Shown piece by piece: positions 24,948 to 37,061 of a stretch of DNA of 64,000 nt. Position numbers and translations under genes: made by a program. This DNA comes from Pocillopora damicornis (taxonomy: Eukaryota), in assembly GCF_003704095.1 (NCBI RefSeq), contig NW_020844174.1, forward strand, positions 62,001-126,000, written 5' to 3'. Under the pieces are notes generated by a model. That model searched no databases, was not told the DNA's origin, and was given only the letters and a program-made list of their open reading frames with translations. Within the stretch, counting starts at the first letter, position 1. Each line of letters begins with the position of its first letter.

Positions 24948-25144
24948 ATTAAAGGCTCATCTCTGTAGATCCTTTCAACTTTGCATACAGCACAAAATCA
25001 CAGAAGGTTCTTTCAGTGACCATTAACTGGGTTTGTATTTGTATTCTTTTGTATTTTGTATTTGTATTCTTTTAAGTTCACATTTACTACCTTTAACAGA
25101 AAATCATTGTCTTTCGAGAGTGTCTTTACCAACTAGTATTCCAC
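24948..25144 (-). pseudogene. Upstream part of the host YqaJ gene interrupted by the inner transposon
   Basis: Reverse strand reads QIQTQLMVTERTFCDFVLYAK, then (frameshift) VERIYRDEPLI: YqaJ C-terminal motifs that join in frame to 22419 and below. Bounded by the gap at 25145. Confidence 0.75.
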
Positions 25145-25244
25145 NNNNNNNNNNNNNNNNNNNNNNNNNNNNNNNNNNNNNNNNNNNNNNNNNNNNNNNN
25201 NNNNNNNNNNNNNNNNNNNNNNNNNNNNNNNNNNNNNNNNNNNN

Positions 25245-25653
25245 TCGTCTTACATGTGGCAATGGTTTCAATGCAATCTCCATTTTCTTGTTTTTTTCAT
25301 CTTTGTTTAGTTTTTCTAGCTGGGTGTTATTGGGAAGGGATTGGGTTTTTATTTCAACCAAAAACTGCTGCCACCCAGTGCTCACTCCATCAGGACTGGC
25401 TCCAAATCTGCTATCAGAAGGATGTTTGAAGTACCCACACTGAGAGACACCCATTTTACTGTCATTTTGAAATTGTTGTATTGCATTTTGTTCCTGTTGC
25501 TTGCCTCTAATAAAATTTGGTAGACAATTTTGATTCACATTTTAGATGAGTTTTTGGATTGCTTGCAGCCATTTTGAATCTGGAATATAGTACAAGTACA
25601 AAGTCCGCAAAAATCCGGTAGTGCCAGTCTCCCGCGCGCTATGAAATCAGGCA
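25245..25653 (-). mobile_element. Second, further-deleted copy of the YqaJ end of the ISL2EU element with TIR
   Basis: 25245-25521 matches about 23935-24211, then jumps at GTA microhomology to about 24813-24947. TIR ends at 25653, followed by AT. Several substitutions versus the first copy. Confidence 0.8.
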
Positions 25654-26130
25654 ATTTTAGCAGTTATAACTTCTATTGACTAAGAGGGTTAGTTTTCAGC
25701 GACTCAAACAGCTGGAACTCATTGTATTGTTTAGAGGTCTCATTTTTTTCTTAGCATGATCAAGCATTTAAAATGTGCACGAGAGAATCTTTGTATCAGT
25801 TTTCCAACATCCTTATTCAAAGTACCTCACTCTCGATCCTTCGATCACTTGGTTCAGACGTTTTCGCGTGTTTTTCTTTTCGGCTCATTAACTTGTTAAG
25901 TGGCGTTGTTATTGATGCGTAACTCCCTCTTGACGACCGCAAATAAAGCGTGGAAGTCAAGGATTACCAATATTATCAGCGCAAACTCTAAACACAGGTA
26001 TCTTGCGCCAAGAAAATATTTTTTCGCTTGATTTTTACTTGGCTCATACAACAGCCTAACTGGGAAAAAGAGATTTTTTCATGATCTAAAGCGACACTTG
26101 AGTATTAGACTGTAATTTGTTTAGTGATAT

Positions 26131-26506
26131 CACAGGCGGTCCAAGCTCACGTCTCGAGAAAAAGTCAGCGATTAATTTACGAAAGCGTCACGCGTTCTGT
26201 GAAAAGACGAAGACAGAGGAAAGACAGTAATAACAGTGATGGAAAAGCAAGCTTGAAACGGCAGAAATCGCCGGAAACTACGACGGAAACACAAGATGTG
26301 AGTAAGTTTTATTGATTTTCAATGTTCATATTTCGAAATGTTTATTGTTGTAAATCAACCATATTACGTTCCCTATACTATTCCTTATAACGTCTTCAAA
26401 TTTTCAAAGGTTCTTCTCGTAACTGAACACCGAGTCACACAACGCGTGACGCTTTCATGAATTAATCGTTGGCTTTTTCTCGAGACGTGAGCTTGGGCCG
26501 CCTGTG
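26131..26506. mobile_element. MITE, 376 bp, about 66-bp imperfect TIRs, CA..TG ends, 7-bp TSD (P-element-like)
   Basis: GTGATAT|cacaggcggtccaagctcacgtctcgagaaaaag...ctttttctcgagacgtgagcttgggccgcctgtg|GTGATAT. Confidence 0.85.
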
Positions 26507-26876
26507 GTGATATCAGTAAAATTCTCACCCAGGTGCTGAATATACAATTTCATTGAAGGTACGGGATGAGTTAACTCTGGTCCTCAAAAGATCCCTATGC
26601 TTGACGGGATGTTAGATTCATTCAAATATCTTTAATTCTAATATGTTCCGTCCAAATGCTTATTTTGCCTGGTTACTCGTTCTTTCTGATTTCCTCGTTC
26701 AACATAGAAAAAGATACATCTTCCCGCATCACTAGAGATGATTAGCCTGAGTCATTGTTCTCCCCTGTATAAATTTCCATTATCAAGTAATTGTTTGTTG
26801 TTCATGGACCTCACATTTGACTTCTTCATTCATCATAGACTAACTACCCGCCCTCTCGTCAGTTAGATCCTTCGAC

Positions 26877-27058
26877 ATGGGCCACAGCGGAGATGATTTT
26901 ACATTAGCACTGGAAAGTTCTCAACAATTTGATCTCCGCTACACGAATCACTCTCTTCGCTTAGAAGTTGCGGCGCATTTTGATGATGATGATGAACCAT
27001 CAACTGAATTTGCCGACAAGTACCGTTATGAAGGAGAAACCGGAGAAAAATTAGGCGA
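26877..27058 (+). CDS. PHKG: Candidate alternative first coding exon (1a) of PHKG
   Basis: MGHSGDD...STEFADKYRYEGETGEKLG followed by ga|GTAAGT. The phase-2 donor is compatible with the acceptor before 31188 and parallels exon 1b ([12 protein letters not shown] gc|GTAAGT). Confidence 0.65.
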
Positions 27059-29778
27059 GTAAGTGTACAATTTTTCGGTGAGATTTTGCTGCCATATAAA
27101 TTAAACCCGCTGGCGAAAGGATCCTATCATCGCTGTAATAGGACTGGTGGTACAACCCTGTAGATTTTCATTTTATTCGTTGTTTTTTAAATGTTTAATT
27201 GGATTAATTCAATTATTCAAATGGACTGAATTTTCAGTCTGTGGGCGGATTCGCCAATATGAAGTTTCACTACGTCGGGTGTTGACTCTACAAAGTTTCA
27301 CTTTGAAAGACAATAAATCCTCCGTCAGCACAAGTAGCGCAAAATTTTAATGACAACAATCGAATAATTTCAGCCGTCATCGGGTTCGCTTATTTCAGCT
27401 GTTATCAATCAAAGCTAAGCTGGTGGGCAAATCGAACAAACTTTGCATAGCCCAAAAGAAGGGGTTAAAGCTTTGGACTCACGGAAAACAGAAGAAAAAA
27501 ATTAAGATATACAAATTTATCGATTCCGCAGAAACACGTCTTCATCAATTTTTTTGTTATGAAACGAAATGATAATTGAGGTAACTTCAAATCAGCCTAA
27601 AAGAATGACTTCATACGCGATTACGACTCAATTATGCAATAAAAAAAAAACTTATTAAGCGCAATTCCACGTCAGACTGATGGCAATCATGGCCAAAACC
27701 TTGTTTCTCTTGACATTAAGGGTGCACTAGAGGACTCAGTCGATCTTTGATTCCTCCTAGACATGGTTTGGACTGTTAACATTTAAAATTACTGCGATTT
27801 GTTGTCAATTTGCACTTGACTGCCTTTTACGCCCGCAAAAATACCGCTTCCTGCCAGGCATGGTAATTTCATTCCGTCAGTGCGAAATGCGTCAATGGAA
27901 AATGAGTCAGTGCAGTGACGCCTGGCGCGCCATGTTCATTCGTTTGTTTGCCTTAAATAATTGGCTAGATTGTTATTTATATATTAGTCATATGACGTTG
28001 ATATTCCTTCAGTTTTGTTAAGTGAGGCAGTGTCATGCTGCCAAGTTGATATTGTTTGTGTTTCCTAACGAAAGAGTACGGACAAAACTTAATAGAAATA
28101 GGCTGAAAATAGCATCGTCGCCGGCAGCCATTAATTTTTTTTTCAGCTCATAGTTTAAGAACCACCTTCTACAACTAGAATGAACTGAATACTGGGTAGC
28201 CTGTGATTGGGCATCACCAATGCTGTATAAGAGTGCATACACGCAGCTGACGTGACAAAATAATAATATTCCTTGTTCGGTTCTACATGACGAACTTTGT
28301 CCCTTATGTTTTTGAAGAGTTTGAGAGATCATTTCCGATCTGAACAAACAAAGTCGATACTGACAAGAGCTCTTTATGAGCAAAAGAAACGAAGAAACCA
28401 AGACGAACATCGTTCTTGGTGACTTAGAGCAGTAGAAACTACCTCTCTGACATGGGACAAATCATCGCTCTGTAGTGTGTTCTGTCCGTAATAACTTGAG
28501 GCATTGTTGGTTACTTTAGGTTCCAACCACACACTGACGTCATTGAGTGATCTCTTCATTTGCCAAAGCGGAATTTGTTTTGTTTCACTAATCATAGCTT
28601 AGTAAAACAGTCAGATAAATTCACGATAAGACATGGTCATGTAACAACGATAAATTAACTAGCTCCTAAGGGTAGGTGTGGCCGAGGATTCTCAGCTTTT
28701 GTGACAACAATTTCACCGGGTATGACCGCGCTAAAAACTTCTACTGTCGTCGCACTCCATGTATTGCGTCATAAGTGCTCTCAGTCTGCAAAAAATTTCC
28801 GTCACCGACTTCCCATGCGACGTCTATGGGACAACGTGAAGACTCGTTTTCCTGTTTTCTGAGTAAGACGGGTATGGGATGGACGTATCATTTGATCGAA
28901 TGAATGATAAGACTGTTTATCATAGAAAATTATATCATATCTAACATTGCAATGTTTTAAGTCCGTGGCAAAGTTTTACATAGTAAATAAAAGATTTTCT
29001 CCGCCCCGCCCCCTTGCTCCGAAGGGGCGGCGGCGGAGTATCTGAAAAGGGGGGGGCAGATGATAGAGTCCACCGCAACATTCCAACAGTTGAAGTCAAA
29101 GTGGCTTTCTTCCCAAACAACTTCGAGTCCCAGTTTCCTCAAGGGTGCAAAAGAAACACCAGCTTTATTATGGTTTTGTTCATCAGAGGTTTTACTCCGG
29201 TTAGGCAAAGATCTTCCGAGTTCATGAGATACGATTAGTGTGAAACTTGCTACGCGGCAGCTCCTTTACCAACTAAGTATTAATGATGTGGAAATTTCTG
29301 AGTAATGCGCAGAAGTCACGCCATGTTCACACAACATTGGACGTGGCCAAATTGCTAAATGATGAAATACCTTTCAGTGGTAAGAAGTTGTGAAATTATG
29401 GAAAATCAATATTTAAGTTACGACTGAAGTGTGAAAGAGAAATTTTACGAGGTTACATCTGAAATTCTCCATTTTAACTTTGTAGTGAACTCCACTAAGG
29501 GTTTTGCTTTTCAGTCAGGACTCACGTTGGATGGGACGTAAGTCACGATAGGCACGTGTTTATATTGTTTTCATTAAGTGTACCGCTGACCACAAAATAC
29601 TCAAGACACGTTCCCTGAATAAAAACTGAAGTCGGGCTTTTCTTTAGCTGCAACAAATAAATGCACGAAGATTTAGTGCTCCAGTGATTTGCATCTTGTC
29701 GAGATGACTCTTTTTAGAAGATTTGAGAGCTATGTTTGAGATTCGAGGGTGGAAACTCTGTGACTTGGCATTCGTGAA

Positions 29779-32700
29779 ATGACAGAGTTTGACTTGGAAG
29801 ATGGGCCTTTAGGAAGCGAAGCAACCGGCGGATTTTCCGACAAATACGAAGTTAAAGAGAAATTGGGCGCGTAAGTAGACATTTCTTGGCTTTTAATTCA
29901 GGTTGATGTCTCAAAAAAGAGCCCATAATCTCATGTGAAGTCAGTCAGGGTTGTTTTCAAACAATCGACATAAATCCTGGCGTGTCGTACGGTGAAGACC
30001 TTGCATTATTACACGTACGTTTGATCTGTAGTAAACGCCTCTGGAAACGCTGTTATTTGCATATCCAATTAATACTCGAGCAAACCTTGCTTAAGTTGCT
30101 TCAGTGATGTTTAACGGGACTATTGGTTTTTGTTAATGCTCAAAACCGATCCACAATACTTGAACAGATGTGACAGGAAGCTAGAGTCATGTCGAAATCT
30201 GTTGAAAGCGTATTCCTGCTCTATCTATTACATCAGTGAACACCACGCTCCAATGTTTGTCTGCTATGATCGTAAAGAAGTTGTAAGATTGCGTAATAGG
30301 GCCATCGCTAGCAGTGAAGTTTGACCGAATTAGCATCGAAGTATGGTCCTGTACACATACATGACTTGTTGCAAAGCAAGCTTTTACCTCCCGCTTGATT
30401 CGCAGAACATTGATTTATGGGATCAAATGTCGCGCGTGACTCGAACAAATTGACACCTTCCTTTGATCCGGGTAGAGAGTTAATTCAATTATTATGGTCG
30501 AAACAAGGTGATGCTCATTCACTTTGGAAGTACAGTACTCTCTAGAGAATTTTACTCATAAGTTTCGTAATCTGTGCGTCGTTAGCGCTGTTGGTTGTAT
30601 CTTTACATGTGCATTTCCTGTCTAATCGTGTTCATGATTACTAAAAAATCAAATATGAATTACAATCTTCTATGTCAGTTTATGCTCCAAAGTGTGGTAC
30701 ATCCTGATACACGATTTCAAGGCTGAAACCCTCATAGTTCAGGCTTGCTATCACAAGGATTTCCTTCAGGCATGCTGTCATAAGGATTTTCTTCCCTTAG
30801 AAATGCCATAACTGCACACAAATTATGATGGTTTTTTAACATGTGTTTGATAAAGCCAATCAGTCGTTGAAAGTTTACTTTGCCCCTGCATCACTGTGTC
30901 AGGTTAATGAATTAATAGGAAAGCATTTACCATTCTCAATCCACAGCTGTTTGTCATCATTAGAGGCCTTTATTGTTTATATAATAAACAAATAATACAT
31001 GATTACTAGCAGGTATGGAATTTCTCTTCTTGGGCTCAATTCAATTTCTCACTCATTTGCTGTGCTCATTAGTGAGATATAGAGTTGACACTCAAGGATA
31101 AATTCTATATCTGTACATGCCCATGCATTATCCTGTATTTCTGGAAGTCCTCACATATGAATTAAAAATATTTTTAATTGCCAATAGGGGAATTTCCAGT
31201 GTGGTACGAAAATGTATCCACAAGATCACTGGAAAACCATATGCTGTGAAAATAATAGACAAGCTTAGTGATGCAGGTGTGGACATTGAAGCAACAACTC
31301 GGGATGAGGTCAGCATTCTGCTTGCTCTGCAAGGACATGAAAATATAAGTAAGTGGCCATTGTTTATCACAATTTTTTTGTTTTTGTCATTGTTGCCCAT
31401 TTTTGACATGACAAAGAGTAAACTTATAATAGAGCATTGGTCAACTGAAAACAGAGTAGATAATGAAGTTTATCTCAAAGTGTTAAATGTGTTTGAACAG
31501 TATATGGTATCTTAAATTGTAAATATATCTCATCTTATCTTTCCTTATCTTATTAGTATCCTATATTGTATCTCTCTCGACAGTTGGCTTAGTTGATGTC
31601 TTTGAGTCCCCAGTGTTTTTCTTCTTGGTGTTTGAATTGTAAGTGCAAAACTGTCTATTTTACAGCAGTTCTTTGGCTTACTACATTGTTTTTTTGCTAC
31701 ATAAATCTGTCATGTGTATGCATCCATTAAAATAAGGAGAATAACTTTTTGCAGTATGTCTACATGATTGTACATTAAAGAGCTTTTCAATTGAGTGTCT
31801 TCGAACCAAACCCAAAGGAATCACTGTGGCTAATTAGACTAAAAAAAATGATGCAAAGAGCAAATGATGACCAAGTTGGTATTGGCTTTTAGATTTGCAT
31901 TTGGCTGGGTGAATAAGTAGCACAAGTTCTGTGGACATTTTGCAGAGTTTATCATTGGAAAATCAATTGAATCCCAGAGGGCAGTCAATTGAAATTTGTG
32001 CATATAAGAACATCTTTCCTTACAAGCCTGTTCATTCTCATCAATAGAAATAAGTTTTTAAAATGTAGTTTTAGACAACTGTTTTATATTGTGGTGTCGT
32101 CTCTTAGCTAAAGATGAATTTGGCAAATTATGACCTGTCATAGATATACAAGTTAATTCACAGTATGTATATTTCTAATGTTTTATTATTATGCATAATT
32201 TAGGGCTGTAAAGGGAGAACTGTTTGATCATCTCACGGACCAAGTTACTTTATCTGAGAAGAAAACCAGGTATATAGATACCCACAAAAATTTGCAGAAA
32301 ATGCTTGAATGAATAAGGTAATTTTCTATTATCAACTGAGAATGGTGGAATTGTGGCTTGTGTGTGTGTTATGTTTTTTTTTTTCCTTGCATACAGTTCC
32401 TCCATTTGCTCTGACAAAGGGCTAACGCTCGAAACATCAGCTTTGAAACTATTAACATAGGCCAATTTACATTATCAACTCAGTTAATAACACCAAATTA
32501 CCTTGTTATACTTAACCACCAATGCAGCACCACAGTTTCTTTCGAAACTCACTCCCTTAATTTGCTTGAATGAACTGATGGGTAAATGAATTTAGTAAAT
32601 AAAAGCATGTAGACATCTGAATGCATAAGAACAAAAATGAAATGGAACATTCAATGTGACACATATATAGAAGAGGAGGAGGAGAATAAGTGAGAACAAA

Positions 32701-35700
32701 CTTATGGCCTTATTGTGTAATTGCATTGCTGGTTGCAAAACAAATTCTGCAGATATCTCTCTAATGGATAAAAAATCAAGTTTATGAGCATTCTACATCT
32801 TGAAAGAGCAGATCAAATGTCGCAATTTTCAAGTATTTACAACTTATTAAATAAATGTATACAAAAGTAGTGACTTTTATGTTGCATTTTAGACGTATCA
32901 TGCATGAGGTATTTGGAGCTGTTAAGTTCATGCATGATCAGGACATTGTTCACAGAGATTTAAAGGTGAGTTAAAATGCCTTTGGGAATTACACCTTTGT
33001 TTACTTGTGGCTGATCCATGTGCACACCAAGTTGTGTTGGATCAGCATTGTGAACACATTACACTTTATCTTATTTGAAGAAGGTTATCATATGTACATG
33101 TACATTCTTTTTCCTTGCACACAGAACAAAGAGTGCATTTGTAACATGGATGACATATACATGTATTTGTATTTTCATAAGCTTTCCTAAAGTAGATTTG
33201 GGAGTAACCTAAACTTTATTAAACCAAGTTGAATACCAGTAAAAACAAAATTCTGATGTTCATTTCCTTTTTATGTGTTCCTGTGTACTTGAAAGCAAAT
33301 TTTTTTGCAATGTTGTTTTACAGCCTGAAAACATTCTCCTTGATGAAGACTACAGAATAAAAATATCAGATTTTGGCTTTGCAGTTAAGCTGAAAGAAGG
33401 GGAAAAGCTCAGAGGTAGTTTAAAATGAAGTTTACTAACAGAAACAGCTCAAACTCTATATATTTGTTACAAGGGTGCCCCCTCTTGTCATTTTATGACT
33501 TTGTGAACACATCCCCTCTTGACTGCCTTTGAAAGCATACAGTTTACAGCCTGTTCTTCTGTTGATACCAGACGAAAATGACAAATCGGTTCATGTGCTT
33601 GAATAGTGAAAATACACTTTTACTGTAAGCATCTGTGTGAAGGTAACATTTACTTGTCAAAGTTCCAAGTTACATGTAGGAAAGTTGTTTTAGCCATAAC
33701 TCATCCACCCCTTGCAATACAAGTACACGTTTAGGCTCCTATACATGTATTTTGACTCCATGTGTGCAGAATTTATGGATTTAAACGCATGTGAATAACT
33801 CAGTACAGAGATATAATCTTTTATTTCATTGGCATTTGCATATAGTATTTTTTTTATATAATATATTTTTTTTCCTAGAGCTGTGTGGTACACCTGGCTA
33901 TTTGTCACCTGAAGCACTACAGTGCTCTATGTTTGGGGATGCTCCAGGCTATTCAAAGGAAGTTGACATGTGAGATAACATTCTCCTTAAATTTTTAATT
34001 ACACTAACATCACATTTTTTACATACACGCATACATCAGCCTGCATAATGGTGATGGATAGAGACAAACTTATCAGCAAGAAAATTGGATGATACCTTGA
34101 TATTACACCAAACTCTTATGATTGCCTTACAAGGAAATGTAAGACAGCTAGTTAGGAGAATTACAAATCCAATCTTTAAAGTTACAGGGTTGAGAGACTT
34201 CTGTGTACATTTTTAAAGCTAGGGTATTTTGAAGACTTTTATACCCTGCTCTATAATATTTACCAGCATGAAAAATAAGTAGAAATAAAAACTCTCATGT
34301 AAATATGTTTTGTCATATTGTCACTTGGTTGAGCAACGACAAGCTGTCTGTAATAGCTACCGTTGTTTGTCTTTTTTAATAACTGATTGCAAAATCATAA
34401 GCTCTTCCCGAGCAGATTCGTCCCACACATCGGCAGGCTATTACTCTCCAGTCACGTAATTTCCTGTTCATGCACACTTTTCCCTCCCCCACACCATTAA
34501 GGAAAGAATAGTATCAAAAATTAACAAAGTTAGCAATACATGCACTCTACAACAATCTCATTATTGCTACTTAAAAGAGGCTTGAAAATTCTCAAGTCTT
34601 AATGAAACAACCTAAAATTTGTTTGCCATTTTTAAATGATGAAGAGAATTCTATTCTAAACTACTGAGAGAGGTTTGCCCCTCGAGTACCATCTGCTGTC
34701 ATATTCGAAAATGTCTTGCATCACTGTTGTGTTTTCTTCTTTGCATGGAACAAGAGTGTCCTCATATATCTGTTAGCAACTGAAATGTTTTTAACTTCCT
34801 TTTTTTGTTTTTATTTTCCAGGTGGGCATGTGGAGTGATCATGTACACTTTGTAAGTATTTTTAAGAAAAATTATTAATTTTGATTTGTCATATAGTTCT
34901 GTATCTTTACAAATAATATGTATCATCTTTTATATGTCACTGAAATGTCAAAATAGCAAATCAAATTAAATTTTGACAGGAAATACATGTACATGTAGGT
35001 TGAAAAATTAGACTCAGCCCCTCAACTTCTAGATGTGATTAACATGTCACTTCTCCTTGTAATATCCACACATTATCCAGTAAACAAGTCATGAGAATAC
35101 TCAAACTTGATATCTACAATCAGATCCTGGGAGTTAAAGGGTTACATGAACAAAGGTGATGCTCATTGTGACATCACTTCATTTTGACAGGCTTGTGGGC
35201 TGCCCTCCCTTCTGGCATCGCCGACAAGTTACCATGCTGCGGTCAATAATGGAGGGAAGATACCATTTTCACAGTCCAGAATGGGACGACATTTCTGAGT
35301 CAGCCAAAAATTTGGTGAGTTCCAGTGTACCAGAGAAAATATAATTTAAAGGAGCTGTGTCACGTTATTAATTTGGGTAATTCTGGGCGTGAAATTGCGC
35401 CTAATACAGGCGCCAATGCAACTAAATTTTCACTTTGGCGACCAAATCCTGAAAATTTTCGCTGAAGAATGCTTCATCATATCCTTACTTAGAGATATAG
35501 AGAATTAAAAAGATCAGAAAAAGTAAATCCGCGGTAAACTTACTCGTTAAGGTCGTTTCCAAAACGCAGCACATGCATCTCGATCGATAACTAGACGTCA
35601 TCTTGGATTTAGGTGAACGTTGTATGTCATCCATTCTAGTGTCCACGTTGTAGCATGTTAAAGATCTTTTTCCTGATTTAATTTTGAAGGGTCTATCTAG

Positions 35701-37061
35701 AACGCTGACAGCATTAAAAAAAAGGCTTTGTCTTTCTTTATAAATGGCGACCAACTTTTTTGAATTGGCTACCACCAAGTGGCTATCGGAAAAGAAAAAA
35801 TTAATTTCACGCGCTGTAATTCATATTTCTGTGATCTGCAAAGTTACAGTAGCACCACTTAGAAAAAGACTACCAGGTAGAAACTTGGAAATATAGATAA
35901 ACAGAAAGTAATGGTGAACCAAGAGGGAACACAGAGGACTAAGGATGAAGAAAATAGCAACTGATTGTATGAAAACAAACTTGAGAATTTTTTAAATACT
36001 GTAGCAAACGTGGTTTCTTTTCTTTTCCAGATTTCAAAGCTTCTAGTTGTTCATCCTAAAGGAAGATTAACTGCAGAGCAAGCTCTAGAACATGCCTGGT
36101 TCCAAGGAGCTCAGGTTTGTTATTTTAGACTGTCATCGTGAACGGAAACTTTGCTTTAATATGTACGATGTATTGATTGCCTACCCTGTGCTATTTATTA
36201 CTATATATTCATATTTTTATTTAATATACTTATCTGTATCTGTATTTTAAATTTGCAGCAGGCGAAAAATGATGGATTTTCTGCAAGGTGGAAATTCAAG
36301 GTAGCTCCAATTCCTTTTTGATAATTAAACATATTAATAATTGGTGCTTTCATGTAGTAGTCAATACAGGTTCCCGATAAATATATGGAGTATTAATGTA
36401 GAGTTCGTCTGTCAAAAATATAATTGGAAACTATTCTGGAGTATTAATGTAGAGTTCGTCTGTCAAAAATATAATTGCAAACTATACTTAGAGCACAGCT
36501 TCGGGAAAAGGGAAAGTGTCCCAGGCAAGAGGTGTCGCTTTTACAGAGGTAACAGAATTAAAGGTTGTTCCGTCAGGACCTCAGATTTTTTCCCTTGAAT
36601 CGATGTGTCCCCAGAAAAGGACTAGCCACGGTGAATTTTACCATTTATTTAAAGGTCTGTGAATACTTTGCTAATTTACTCACAAATCAATGTTTATTTG
36701 TTATTAGGGAACCGTGATTGCCCTTATAGCGGTCAGAGAATTCTACAAGTTTGCAAAGAATAAACTTCAACCAGTGACATTTGATACGATTCTTCGGGAG
36801 CCTTATGGCGTGAAACCTTTGCGTAAAATGATCGATGGATGTGCGTTCAGGATTTACGGACATTGGGTTAAACGCAACAAGGACGAAAATCAAAACAGGG
36901 CTGCGCTATTTGAAAATAAACCTCACAAAGAGAGATACAATGGCAATGGAGATATGCCAAGGAAGATCAGTAACCTTGACACGTATAACGCGTCCTTTCG
37001 GATGTCATCTATGGGGTTGATTCAGTACAAATCCGTTAGAAAACTGAATCCGAGCAACTAA
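29779..37061 (+). CDS. PHKG: Phosphorylase b kinase gamma catalytic subunit, 12 coding exons
   Basis: Exons 29779-29870, 31188-31348, 31584-31638, 32204-32269, 32893-32965, 33324-33414, 33879-33969, 34822-34851, 35191-35314, 36031-36114, 36259-36300, 36708-37061. Motifs: [58 protein letters not shown], and the calmodulin-binding tail [14 protein letters not shown]...QNRAALFEN. Confidence 0.95.
31780..31995. repeat. Abundant dispersed repeat (MITE-like); related copies at about 9645-9800, 56810-57097, 62096-62350
   Basis: Shared terminal ttttcaattgagtgtc...aaccaaa...aatcac..ggccaatca and internal gattgg motifs. Confidence 0.5.
32400..32560 (+). mobile_element. Penelope-like/retrozyme-type repeat fragment with a decayed minimal type I hammerhead ribozyme
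   Basis: gct-CTGACAA-a-gggc-taac-gctc-GAAACATC-agc at 32408-32441; canonical core is CTGANGA...GAAACGTC, here with two CpG-type G>A changes. Confidence 0.65.
35383..35816. mobile_element. Possible non-autonomous DNA transposon (short TIR) in PHKG intron 9
   Basis: ctgggcgtgaaatt...aatttcacgcgctg, flanked by TAATT on both sides; sub-terminal tggcgacca motifs. Confidence 0.45.
36386..36488. repeat. 51-bp tandem duplication
   Basis: tggagtattaatgtagagttcgtctgtcaaaaatataattg at 36386 and 36437. Confidence 0.9.

Noticed and set aside
28992-29045. GC-rich hairpin ctccgccccgccccc...ggggcggcggcggag
   Set aside because: Could be GC boxes or a repeat remnant; nothing supports a specific structured RNA or terminator.
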